NCBI RefSeq assembly: GCF_009914755.1
Contig: NC_060929.1
DNA from: the human T2T-CHM13v2.0 reference genome, Homo sapiens
Length of the DNA stretch: 64,000 bases
Direction: 5' to 3' (one strand)
The notes under the pieces were generated by a model. The model had not been told where the DNA came from, ran no database searches, and saw nothing but the letters and a program-made list of their open reading frames with translations. Shown here piece by piece: positions 37,409 through 49,026 of the stretch. Every line of letters starts with the position of its first letter. The stretch's first letter is position 1. The position numbers were made by a program, and so were the translations under genes.

Positions 37409-39582
37409 GTGAGTCACGCCGCGCGCGCTCTGGGGAGGCTTGCGGGGGACCGTGCGCGCGAACGCTCGCTGCTCTGGGGGTCCCTGACCAGCGCTGCCAG
37501 ACCCGGCTGGGAGCCCCCCGAGGCCAAACTTTGCGAGGCGGGACGCGGGGGGCTCTTCTTGCTGCTGCGCAGCTTCCCCGCGCGCTCTCCCGGAAGCCTG
37601 GGTTCTGCCAAGTCCAGAAGCAGCTGTGAGCCCGCGGGGCTGGCGAGTGTAGACACCCCACGCCTCCGGGTGGGGGAAGTTTGCTGGTTGCCTGGGCCCG
37701 GAGCAGGGCTGGGGGTTTGGATCAACCCCAGGGAGCCTGACTTTGAGGATTCGAAGATTAGAGGGTTTTGAGCCTATCCCAGTGCCCAGGAAATGGGGGG
37801 TGCGGGGAACGTTTAAGATACCTCTTCCCGGTAGCATCTGCCCTAAACAGCCACTCACAATCTCCCAGCTTGGCACCTGGCCTCTGCCCACGTCCAGAAC
37901 ACAGTGTCCTCCTCTGTCCCCGCCACACACGCTCTCACACGCACACACTCAGGCGTGGAGGCGCATACACCAGCCCCCAGTCCTTGCAGCCAGCACAGTC
38001 AAAGCGCCGCGGTCCCGGTGGCCGGGGCTGTGGCTCCTGGCCTCCCTGGTGCGGGGGGCCAGAGTTGTGTGTGGTTGGTCCGCCAGTTTCCCCTTCTTCC
38101 TTAAACTCCATAGCCTTTCTTGGCCCCTGCATGCTCCATTGGTCACCCTAACCCACTGCTAACTCAGCCCTCAGCCCACCTCATTCCCTTGGGAGGGGGC
38201 TTGGGGGGAGGAAGTTCCCCTGCATCCTTTGTCTGCTGTCCCTGAGCCTTCACCTAGGCTGAGCTGTGGGGGCCTCCTGATCTCTGCCCCCCATGCACTT
38301 AGCTGAGTTGAGCGTATGTGTCTGTGGTGGTGGGGGGTGGGTGCCATTTGTGTGGTCAAGGGGGCTTGAGGCTTACCCTGGCGATTCTCGATTCTTGCTG
38401 CCCCTAGAACCTGGGCGGTTACTCCCCAGCCTGGCCAGGCCGCTGCTTATAACAGGGGTGTTGGAAGGGAGCACTGGGGTTTCTGAGCTGCCAAACCAGA
38501 TTGATCAGAGATCAATGAGTGGGAGCTCAGGAGCCAGCCTGATGATTGAGGCCGATGGCTGTTTCCTTAAAGGGTGTCTCTGCGCAGCGCATCCTGCACC
38601 CACCACTGCCTGACCGCCCGCCCCATCCTGCCTCCTCAGTACCCCTCTCTACTCCATCCCACCCCTTCTATCTCCCTTCTCCATCAGCACCCCTCTTCTT
38701 CCCCAGGGCCTCTCCTTCTAATCCTGACCAAGCTGAGAGGCTGAACTGCTGTTGGGTGTGTGTCCGTGTCCGCCACATGTGTGTGTTAGGGGCGTGTGTG
38801 CAGCTCCGCAGATGAGCACCCGGGTGCAGGTTGCACTGTTGTCCATGATGAGGTGGGGATATTAGTGCCCCACACACAGGTGGGGTGTTGCCTGACACCC
38901 AGTAGGTACCCTGGAAATGTTTTCTGAGTTGATGCTTTTGAGGGCTGTGTGGTCATAGCTGCATGTCGCCCACGTGAGCACGTGTGAAGGCTGTGGGTTG
39001 ACATGTGTGCCCGGGTAACCAGGGGGGTTGGCATGGTGTGTGCAGCATTGGCATGTGTGTGCCCTGATGAACGTGTGTGATGACCAGCATGCCGCACGTG
39101 TGTGACGGCTGTGTGCAGTTGCACAGGTGAGCGTGTACAGATAAGGGGGCACAGGTACCGGTGAAGCAGGGTGCTGCGGCCTGGAGCGGGGGGTTGCCAC
39201 AGGGACTCCTCAGGAGGCTGTGGGGGTGGGGAAACTGCATCCCTGGTTGGCAGGGCATCTGTTGAGGCCTGGCCCAAGGTTGCCCAGGGAGTCGGCAGGT
39301 GGGCACAGGTGCTGCAGGGGCTGACGCAGAGCCTGCCCCAAGGCATCAACTCTGCCCCTGGGCCTGCGGGAGGAGCTGCTGAAGGCCATGGGGTGGGGAG
39401 GGGCTGGCCCTACTTCTTTGGGACTCCCTTCCCCCTGTGCCCCACAGGCACTGGGCACATGTGGACGCCCAGGCAGGCTGGCCCTGCCGTGACCCGGGCT
39501 CCTCCCGCGCTGCCTTTTGCCTCCGTTGCAACAGCCTCCGGTGAAAAATGTGTCTGTGAGCCGCTGAGGGAGGGATGGCCAG

Positions 39583-39601
39583 CGGGCAGCAGGGGGCGCC
39601 G
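39583..39601 (+). promoter_or_regulatory. CTCF motif candidate in intron 1
   Basis: CGGGCAGCAGGGGGCGCCG, one mismatch to the CCAGCAGGGGGCGC core. Confidence 0.35.
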
Positions 39602-42600
39602 GGGGCCAGCGCGACTGACTGCAGCCGCTTGCTCCCCAGGCCACGCGCCCACCCTCTGTTGCTGGACATCACACAAAAGCCTGTCCCTTCAGCATGCTCG
39701 CACCTGCAGGCCCTCTCTGTGCCCGCGCACGCAAGCACCCATCTGTCTCACAGGATTTTCCCTCTCAAACCCCGTCACGCAGCTGGCATGCAAACCCCCA
39801 CCCTGCCCCTGTGGTCTCCCTGTCACCCAGACCTCTGCAGTCTTGAGCAGGAGGGACTTGGGAGCTGGCTCCCTTGAAGATGGGGCTGAGGGGTGCCATG
39901 CTCTGGCATTGCTGCATTGCCCAACCTGACCCCAACCATCTAGCCTGGCTCCTCCTTCTCAGACCCCATCCCCATACTTAGGGCTAACCTAGGACTCGTC
40001 TGTCCACCCCGACACTTGGGAGAATGCAGCTGGCTGAGGGGGTCTTAATCCTCCAGGGCTAGGAGATACCCTGTTCCTGCTCGCCCTGCCTTGCAGGTGG
40101 GGTGGCCTGGGCTTTGGGGCCCCTAGGTCCTCCCAGGGGAGAGCTGGTCCTCTTGCTGCCTGCCTGCTCCCCACTTGCCTGTGTTGGGAGGGGGGGCTTC
40201 TCTCAGGAACCAGGGATAGGCATTGATCCAGGTACCAAGCCCACACCAGAAGTCACGGCCCTCGTTCCCAGGAGCAGCCAACTTTGGCCTCAGCCAAGGG
40301 CCAGAGAGCCCCTGTCCTCACGACCCTTCTTCCTGCCTAGTGCTGCTCTGGGCCCAGACCCGCAGGCTGGAGCTCCGAGGCTTCACAAGGCAGGAGCCTG
40401 CCCTGAGCTTGGGGTGGGGCTCCCCTGCTCTAGTGCTGGGCCTAGCTGCCACTTGGGAATCTGTGTGTCCACGCATATGCATGCGGGGCCTCCTGTTCTA
40501 GGCCACCCCTCTCCCAATGCCCCCTCCTCCCAAGGGCCCTGCCGTCCCCTCCTCCTATTCTCCCAGCCTGGGGCTGGAAGCCTTAGCGTCTCCCTTGCTT
40601 CTCCCTTCTCTCTCACGCTTCACATCTAATATGTCACCAAGTCCTCCAGCTCGGGCCTACTTGTGGCATTGCTCATGTCTCTCGACTTCTTTGTCTTCCT
40701 CCACTCCTTTCTCCCTCACCTGCAGCAGCCACCACCACCCATCCCCCTCGGGCCTCCTCCACTCAGACTAAGGCATCCCCTGGCATCCAGGCTGGAAATC
40801 TGCTAGAAAGCTTTCGGTGACTCCCAGTGCCTGCAGGTCAACCCAAACCTTGAGCCCCCTTGGGCCCTTAGGAAAATACCTTCCTCCCTCGTCATCGCCC
40901 CACATCAGCTCTGGGCTGGTCTATCTGGAGGTCGGGTGCCCTCCCTGGCTCTGACTGCTGGTGGGGTGGGCACCCCCAGGCAAGCTCCGGCTTCCAGACT
41001 GTAGCTCCTTTGCCTTGCAAAGCGTGGTGCCACTGACCCCGCCAGCATGCTCCCCACCCAACACCCCAACGTTGGCTCTGTCCAGACCTGGGACACACCC
41101 CTTTGCTGCTGCCAATCCCTGCACTGTGAAACCCGCAGCTTCAGTCCAGCCCCTCCCAAAGGCCTCCCACCTCCTCCCCTGCAAAGGGGTCCTGGCATAC
41201 TGATGTGCTTTGGGTGGGCTAAAGAAAGACTGAGGTATTGAGTCCTCAGCCCTGGGGCTGCCAGAAGCCTCTGACCTGAGCCTCCTCCTTCTCCTCCAGT
41301 GCCTCCCTCAGGTATTGCCATTGTTTATGGCGCGGTGACCCTGTTCTCTGGCCCAACTTGCTCTGAGTCACTGCCAGCCAGGTGCTGTTTTTCTTCATTT
41401 CTCCATTTTGAGTTTGGGCTCTCTTTGCAGGCAGGGAGGGCTGCTATTGCTGGGGTCAGGGAGAGATGTTTGCTCTGCCCCTCTCAGCAACCATCCCATC
41501 CCTGTCCCTGAACACGGACTGCCATGCTCCAGGGAAGCTGGAAACGGCCTCCTGTCCAGGGTGGGGACCAGGAAAACTAGGCCCCATCCTGGGGTGGAGG
41601 ATGCTGTGCCCCAGCCACGTGTATGGACAGCAAACCAGCTCACATTGGTGCATGCTTGTGGGCCACTCACGCAAGTTGTATGCCCATGTCTGTTGAGTAG
41701 GAACCCCCATCCCCACCCTGGCATGGATTTTCCCAGAGTGAATGTTTTCTTGAGCAAATGGTGTCATTCACAGAGTCACGTCAAGACGTGGGCTGCTCTG
41801 CACAGCTCCTACGTGGGGTGGGACTCCTGGTTCCTGAGGCTGAGCCCCAGGGCCCAACCACGCTCAGACAGGAGCTCAGCTTCCTGCAATCAGTTCCACC
41901 AGCCCACCCCTTTGTTCCTTGTCTGCTCCTGTGGGAGTGGCATTGAAGGGTCCTCCTGCCTTCTGGGGAGTCTCACCCCGTATTCTTGCCAGGTGAAGCA
42001 GAAAGGACAGGCTAAGCTTTGGAGGCAGTCAGGGTCAACTTCCAACCCAAGCCTCGTGTCCTTGGACAAGCAACTTGCAGTCCCCAGCCTGTTTCCACAT
42101 TGATAGAATGGGTCATGCTTGCTTTCTGGGGTTATAGTAACAGATTGATGGGCAATGTGGAGAGGGCACTCAGGGTGAACCCCGACACCTAGTAGGTGCC
42201 ATAGCTTGTCTGTCTCCTTCCTCTGTGTTCCTTCGCATTTGTGGGGGGATGGCATGAGTTAGGACAGAGGTGGGGACTTAAGCCGCATCAGGGCCCGAGC
42301 CCAGACACAGGAGAAAAATGCATCTCAGTGTGAGCTGCTTCATTTCCCACTGACCCAGGCCCAGGCAGGGGCCCCTTCTGGTTGGAAGAAGCATCCCCCC
42401 TCCCCCGCCATTGACACATACACCACCCACTGCAGGGACTTGGGCCTGATTCAGACTCATTGCTTCCAATGCACAAGGGGCAGTTGTTTGGAGGTTCTGA
42501 AGATGAAGATTTGGGCTCAGCTTTTCATGCAACTGTGTGTTGATGATCATCTCTGACTCTCAGGACATGGCACAGAGTGGGGCAGGAGCCCTGAGCAGAA

Positions 42601-44139
42601 CGAAATTCTAGTCCTCTCTCTGCTATTTGATTGCTGTGTGATCTTTTAGACAAATCATTTAACCTCTCTGGGCTGTTTGCCTCTCTGTATACTAAAGGGT
42701 GTAGTATACCCAATGATGCCTATATTGGAGCCTGGGGTGGACTCTGCACTCAGCAGCAGGCTCCCCCAGGAACTGCTCACACCTGCCCAGCACCTGCCAC
42801 AGACATCAGCTGCCCTGGCAGGGGCTGCCTGCATCGCTGGAGAGCCAGGTGGCTGCTGGGGCAGAGCCAAAAGTGGTTGGGAGGCAGAACTGGGGACTGA
42901 GTCCCAACCCCTAGGCCAGGAATTGAGGGCCCACTTCTGCTGGCAAATAACTCCTATGTCAGAAACAGGCCTTCTCAGGGCGTCCAGAAGGTCAGGGTCC
43001 CAGTGCCCAAGGCCCACCCCCTTCCTGGGCACTGATGTCAGGTGCGACAGGCAGCTTCAGACCCCAGGGGCCCAGAACCCCAGGCACATGGAGGAGGTAG
43101 TGAAATGGGTGAGTTGGCAAGCTCTGTGGCTGGGTTTGGACCAGTACTAGGGTGAGGCCAGGCAGGTGCCTAGGCACAAAGGTAGGGCCAGCCCCCAAGA
43201 GTGCACGCCTCCTGGCCCTGCATCCAGCTCCTCCCTGCATGGCTTCAGTTTCCTTGTCTGTACAACTGACTCAAAAAGAACCCACCTCCTAGGATTTTGT
43301 GCAGATTAGACGGGCTGAAGTGTGTCAGTGCTGGCACATAGTGGGCACTCAATACACGTTAGCAATGATGATGCCATGGCAGAGGGCACTGTTCAGTCCT
43401 CTCCTTCGGGAAGTGGGGGAGTCCTTGGCTGTCTTTGTGGAAGACGGAGCGACTGGGGAGCCAGGAGGGAGGGAAAAGGCCTGAGGTGAGCTTCCCATTC
43501 TGGGCTGGGGACAGGCCTGGCTTCCTTTCTGTTTCTTGTCATGCAAGGGCAGGTGGTCCTTGACTGGCCCTCCCAGCCCTGTTTGAAGTGGGAGAGGGGG
43601 AGCCACACAGAGCTCTGGGAAGTCTGAGTGGCAGCTGCTCAGCCCCAGAGTAACTGGGGAAGGGGAAGTTTTAGGTAGCATTTTGATGGGGGAGGGGCCA
43701 TGAGGCCCCTGCTTCTGTGCTGTGGTGGGAGCGCCAAGGGCCAGCCGTCACCCTGACTGGTGGGGCCCCCAGAGCCGGGCCTCTCCCACACTGGGATATC
43801 AGAGCTGTGTCCGTCTGGAAGGCTCAGGGTCACCTTGAGCTCCAGGCAAATATGTAGCTGAGATGGGGAGGGGGTGGGGGGAAGGCCGGGGGAATCTGTC
43901 TAGATTGACAGCACCTGAAGCGCCTTGGGGAGGGAGGTCCGGACCCTGCATCCCACCTCGGCCCTAGGTGTCCCCAGCCAGGGCGGCAGGTGGAACTCCC
44001 GCGCCCCAGGCCAGCAGGTCCACTGGAGAGGCTGTGGGGGTCTACGGGAGTACTCCCTGAATTAGACTCTACCCCTCCTAATCGGGGCAGGGACCCAGTG
44101 GAGCCGAGGGGCCAGTGGTTTTTCCCAGCTCTGCATCTT

Positions 44140-44910
44140 TCCAGCACCGCCCCCCACCCCGCCCCTCCCCACCCCCGCCCAAACAAATGTGCCCGTCACT
44201 GGCGGGTAGCAGCCCCTCCTCAGCGCGTGTCTCTGGCTTCGCCAGTCCCCGCCCCGCTGTCTAGGTAGCTTGGTACGCGAGGGCCCTTAGGCCGGCGGAT
44301 CTGCGGGGCACGTGAGCTGCCGTGGAGCGCGGGTGCCCGAGCCCACGGCAGCCGGGGCAGAGGGGCTTCGCCATTCGCCGCGGCGCCCGTCGGGCGGGGC
44401 TGCGGGAGGCTCGCGCCCGGGGACGTCCAGGCCGGGGGTGGGTGCCGCGGGGCAGCCGGGCGCGGGGTAATTAACGCGCTGCAAACTCCGGCTGCCAAGC
44501 CGGGAAGGGGCGGGATGCCTCCGCCCGCCAGCCCGCCCGCGGCCGCCCGCCGGATTAGCGGCTCTTTGTTCGGGGCCTGTTAACAAGTTCCTGGCTGAGC
44601 GCTCGGCTGCCGCCCCGGGAGCGGGCGTCCAGCCTCCGGGCACCGCCGCGCGGCCGCCTCCGCCCCGCCTCCGTGCTGTAGCCCAGCTGCAGCCCCTGCC
44701 CCTGCCCGCCCTTCCCGGGCCCCCTGAGAAGTGGGTGGGCGCAGGGCTTCTCAGGCGATCTTGTGCCTGGGGCTTCCGAAGACCCCGGGCTGATCTCGCT
44801 GCGAAAGGGAGGGGAACGTCCCCATAACCCGAGCACCTCCTGCAGGCCGGGGCTTCCGATGCACCCGTGTCGCCATTCCCGTTTTACAGATGAGGCCGAG
44901 CACCGACTTG
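44140..44910. promoter_or_regulatory. Intronic CpG island (candidate enhancer or alternative promoter)
   Basis: Dense CpG and GC boxes, with embedded TAATTAAC (~44468), GGATTA (~44552), CTTTGTT (~44564) and TGTTAACA (~44578) motifs. Confidence 0.75.
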
Positions 44911-46569
44911 CCCCAGGTCCCGGCTGTCCTCTGCAGGCTGGGGCTCCACTCCAGCCCCTGACACCCAAATTCATTCTCCTTCTGCTAAGAGGAGAGACCG
45001 TGTGGCGGGAAGAGGAGGAGCCCCTGGGGGCTATAGACTGTTACGTTTTTTATTCTTTATTAACTTGGTGATGGTAGTAATCTGGGCTCCGCCTACATCA
45101 TCTGATCAAAACCTCAGGACAACCTACAGGTGGGTGAGGTTAGCCCCATGCGTCAGATGAGGACACATATCAGGGGAGGTCACACCGCAGGAAGTGGCAG
45201 AGCTGGGACCTTATTGGGCAGCTACTACTCTGCCCGATCTCCCCCACCACACACCACACCCACCTTGTGGGCTCTCCTATGTGGCTATTTACTGCCAGGG
45301 CCTCTCTGGTATCCTATGGACTTGATGGGAGAATGTCCAGAGACCCTGATTCTCTGTGTGGCCTCAAGTGAACTCCCTCACAGCCTGAAGCCCATTCCCC
45401 ATCCCCATGCTGCCTCCTGACCCCACCTAGTGTGCTTCCAGCCTGAGAATGGCTGTCCAGGCCACCAGACGTTGATTATTAACTTCCTCTTGTGGTGTTG
45501 GCTTTCCTCACCCGTAGCCCTGAGCTTTAAGCCAAAGGGACTTGCCCGGGCCACACTTCTTCAGGCGACTGGGACTGTTCAAAACCACTTTCTTATAATG
45601 AAGGGGACTCTTTCCCAGTAAGCTCCCCAAATGGTTCTGGGCCCTTCCTTCTGGGGCCGCACAGGTTGGGGGAGCCCCTTTCAGTTGGTTAAGACAGGGC
45701 TCCCACCTGGCCACACCTGCCCCTTTCCTGGCCAGCCCTCCCCAGCCCTCTCAGCTGCTCCTCATGAGCATTGCCCCAAGCCTGAATCCCAACCCCCCAC
45801 ATCTTTGTTACCTGTCTGTGGGTGGTGGCCCAATTGTCACAGCCTCCTCAGCCCTGGGAGCTCACCACACTGTGCCACAATGCCCCAGCTTGAAGTGACA
45901 TGGGACACTAAGTGTATCTGTTGCAAATATTAGAACCCAACTCACACTGGCTTAAGGAAAAAAAAGGAAAACGAAGAAGAAGGAGACCATAATGGCACAT
46001 GGAACTGAACTCAGGGGTGGCTGTGGCTTCAGGCATGGTTGTATCCAGGGAGAACAGTATGGCCAAGATCCTTCCCTCATCTCTGCTCTTGGGGATTCGG
46101 CACCACTCTCCAACAGCCTCTTCCCTCTATCCCAAGGTGGCTGCCAGGAGCTTCCGGGACTACATCCTTACAGGTCCAGGCCCAGGCTCCGCACGGGATA
46201 GGGGAGAAGAGCACATCTCTGCCCTCCACCACCCAACAAATGTCCAAGTCTTCCATCATTGGTCCACCTCCAGTGCCCTGCCCAGTTGTGTGAGCCAATC
46301 ACCATAGACAAGGGTAGGATTATGCAGATTAGGTTGGGCCGGAGCCACCAAGGCCATTGTCCTGTTGTTACCCAGGCTATTTGCTACTCCTCTCAGCTTC
46401 TTGTCCACCAAGAAGGGTGGGCACAATCATCCTCAGATGTCATCAGCACATTTTGCCAGGTATTAAATAAGCATGCTGAATAGCACCAGGCACAGCCTGT
46501 GGCTCAGAAGTAAAGCGGGATCTGGATCAACACTATTTTATTGGCAGCATTAGAAAACACAGCTGGCCA

Positions 46570-47068
<499 letters not shown>

Positions 47069-48132
47069 TCATCTGCTCATATATCTGCATTTGGCCATCT
47101 AAGATATGTTATCCGGTGCCTGGCTGGAATCCAGACACGCCATGTTTCTAGTCCATCCTTAATCTACCGTGGGACAGTAACCCCATAATAAGGGAAGCTG
47201 GTCTGGCGTGACTGGTCCATGGGGATCCCAGCAGGCCTCTCACGGTCCCTCCTTCCTTTGGTCATCTGCAGCTGATTGAGAAGCTCTTCTAGAACCGTGC
47301 CTGGAGTTTGCATAAGGCTCATTGGGCTGTGGCACCTCCAGTGGATGTTTGTTAGGTTTTGTATCTGGTCCAGCTTTCATCCCAGTCTTAGTGGGGTATT
47401 TTGGGGGGCCCTTCATCCCAGCAGCAGGGCCCAGGTGAGCTAGGTAAGTATTTCTCTTGACCTGGTTCTTTTCCAGCTGCAGAGCCTGCTCTTTAAGCTT
47501 CTGTTCCTTCTCTCAACAACCCAGTCTTCCGCCAGTGCTTCTTCTTTCCTAAATTTGTGAGAATTGTTTTTTTCTTGCTTGCCTTCAAAGAACCCTAAGT
47601 GATACATTCACCAAACCAAACTTGCTTCCTTATGATGACTAGACTACAGCTCCTGCCCCACAGCCACCAGCATGCCACTTTCTCAGATGTCAGCAGCAGG
47701 GCTCAGCTCTTCTGGGCTCCTTCCTCCAAGCCCCGCCCCTGCCCTGTGTTTCTCTGGCATTGCCCACAAGCCTCACGCCGCTGCACCTGTGCTCTGCTTC
47801 CGAGCGTGGTTCCTCCATCCATGCCTCTCACCTGTGGCTTGTCCTTGGTTTCGGGCCATCTTTCTATGTTGGGCATGTCTGGTCAGAGTCTGAGCCTGCC
47901 TACCTGGATATCTTGTAGTTGCCCTGGCACTTTTCTAGGGACCTTCCTTCTCCAGTTCCTTTAGGATCACACAACCAGAGGTCCATTTTTGAGACCCACT
48001 TGGTCTCAAGACCTCTTTCCTTTCAGACCCCTGGCTCCACTGGAGGCCCGTCTTTGGTGTGAATTCCTGAAGTCCACCACCCAAATGCCAGGACGCCTTG
48101 AGAGTGGTCAGCATTCTGCCTCCTCCCACAAC

Positions 48133-48330
48133 AGTGTGGTGTCCTGTCGAATGGTTAACAGTTGGCTCTTCAGGCAGGCTGGGGAACTAATTTGCCAATT
48201 TCCATGGTGTAAATACTCCCACCACAGCCTATATCAAGCTACCAATGTGATGTCAACTGGCTTAAAAATTCTAGAAATTGTAGTGATTGGCTGTCCTGAG
48301 CCAGGACGAGCTGGCCGCATACACCACTGC
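48133..48330. mobile_element. MER63-like hAT element
   Basis: CCATGGTGTAAATACTCCCACCA...TCAAGCTACCAATGTGATGTCA...CACCACTG. Confidence 0.55.
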
Positions 48331-48397
48331 TCCTGACCAAGGTCACTCCCAGCCCCCTCTGAAGTGACCGCAGGCAGGGAGTGGACAAAGGCATCTC

Positions 48398-48549
48398 AGG
48401 CCTTCCCCTGCAGGACCTATTGACTTCCCAGGCTGAGAGGGGCAGCTTACCTCCTGGACACCAGACTCTGGTTAGGCCTTCCCCTGCAGGACTAATTGAC
48501 TTCCCAGGCTGGAAGGGACAGCTTCCCTCCTGGACTTTAGACTCTGGTA
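48398..48549. repeat. 76-bp tandem duplication (2 copies)
   Basis: AGGCCTTCCCCTGCAGGAC...TTGACTTCCCAGGCTG...CTCCTGGAC...AGACTCTGGT starts at 48398 and 48474. Confidence 0.9.
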
Positions 48550-48886
48550 GGTCGAAAGGTAGAGAGTCAGCTAGGACCTGGGAGGACTGTGCTTAAGAGC
48601 CAGGGCTCTGATGTGGATTAGAATCCTGAACTGGGTGAACTTGGGCAGGTTATTTAAGCTCTCTGTGCCTCAGTTTGCTCACCTGGAAAATGCAGACAAT
48701 GAAAGGTTCCTACCTCATAGGGCTGCAAGGATTAAACGAGTCATTCTGTGTGGTGCATGCAGCCTGATGCCGGCTCACAGTAAATGCTCTGCAGGTGCGA
48801 GCTGTGTGGCCCGCGGGGCGGGGGATGCTCACTTTTGGCCCCCCTCTGTGACACGCCCTGGAAGTATTTGTGTGGAGGGGTGTGCG

Positions 48887-49026
48887 GAGCAGGATCTGCG
48901 GTTGATAAAACTGGCAGCAGCAGGTATCAAGGGCAGGGCCTGCAGGCCTGGAATCTGAGCAGGATCTTCGATTGATGAAACTAGCAGCAGTGGGCGTCAA
49001 GGGCAGGGCCTGCAGGCCTGGAATCT
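48887..49026. repeat. 70-bp tandem duplication (2 copies)
   Basis: GAGCAGGATCT...TCAAGGGCAGGGCCTGCAGGCCTGGAATCT starts at 48887 and 48957. Confidence 0.9.

Larger units (their letters stand above)
36300..37700 (+). promoter_or_regulatory. UNC5A: CpG-island, TATA-less promoter and 5' UTR of UNC5A
   Basis: Very high GC and CpG density, with GC boxes (GGGGCGG at ~36871 and ~36981, CCCCGCCCC at ~37006) directly upstream of the coding exon. The exact TSS cannot be read from sequence. Confidence 0.88.

Noticed and set aside
36409-37948. 400-500 aa Pro/Arg/Gly/Ala-rich ORFs on both strands of the promoter
   Set aside because: Stop codons are depleted in CpG islands. Only 37339-37408 matches a recognisable protein, and it ends at a canonical donor.
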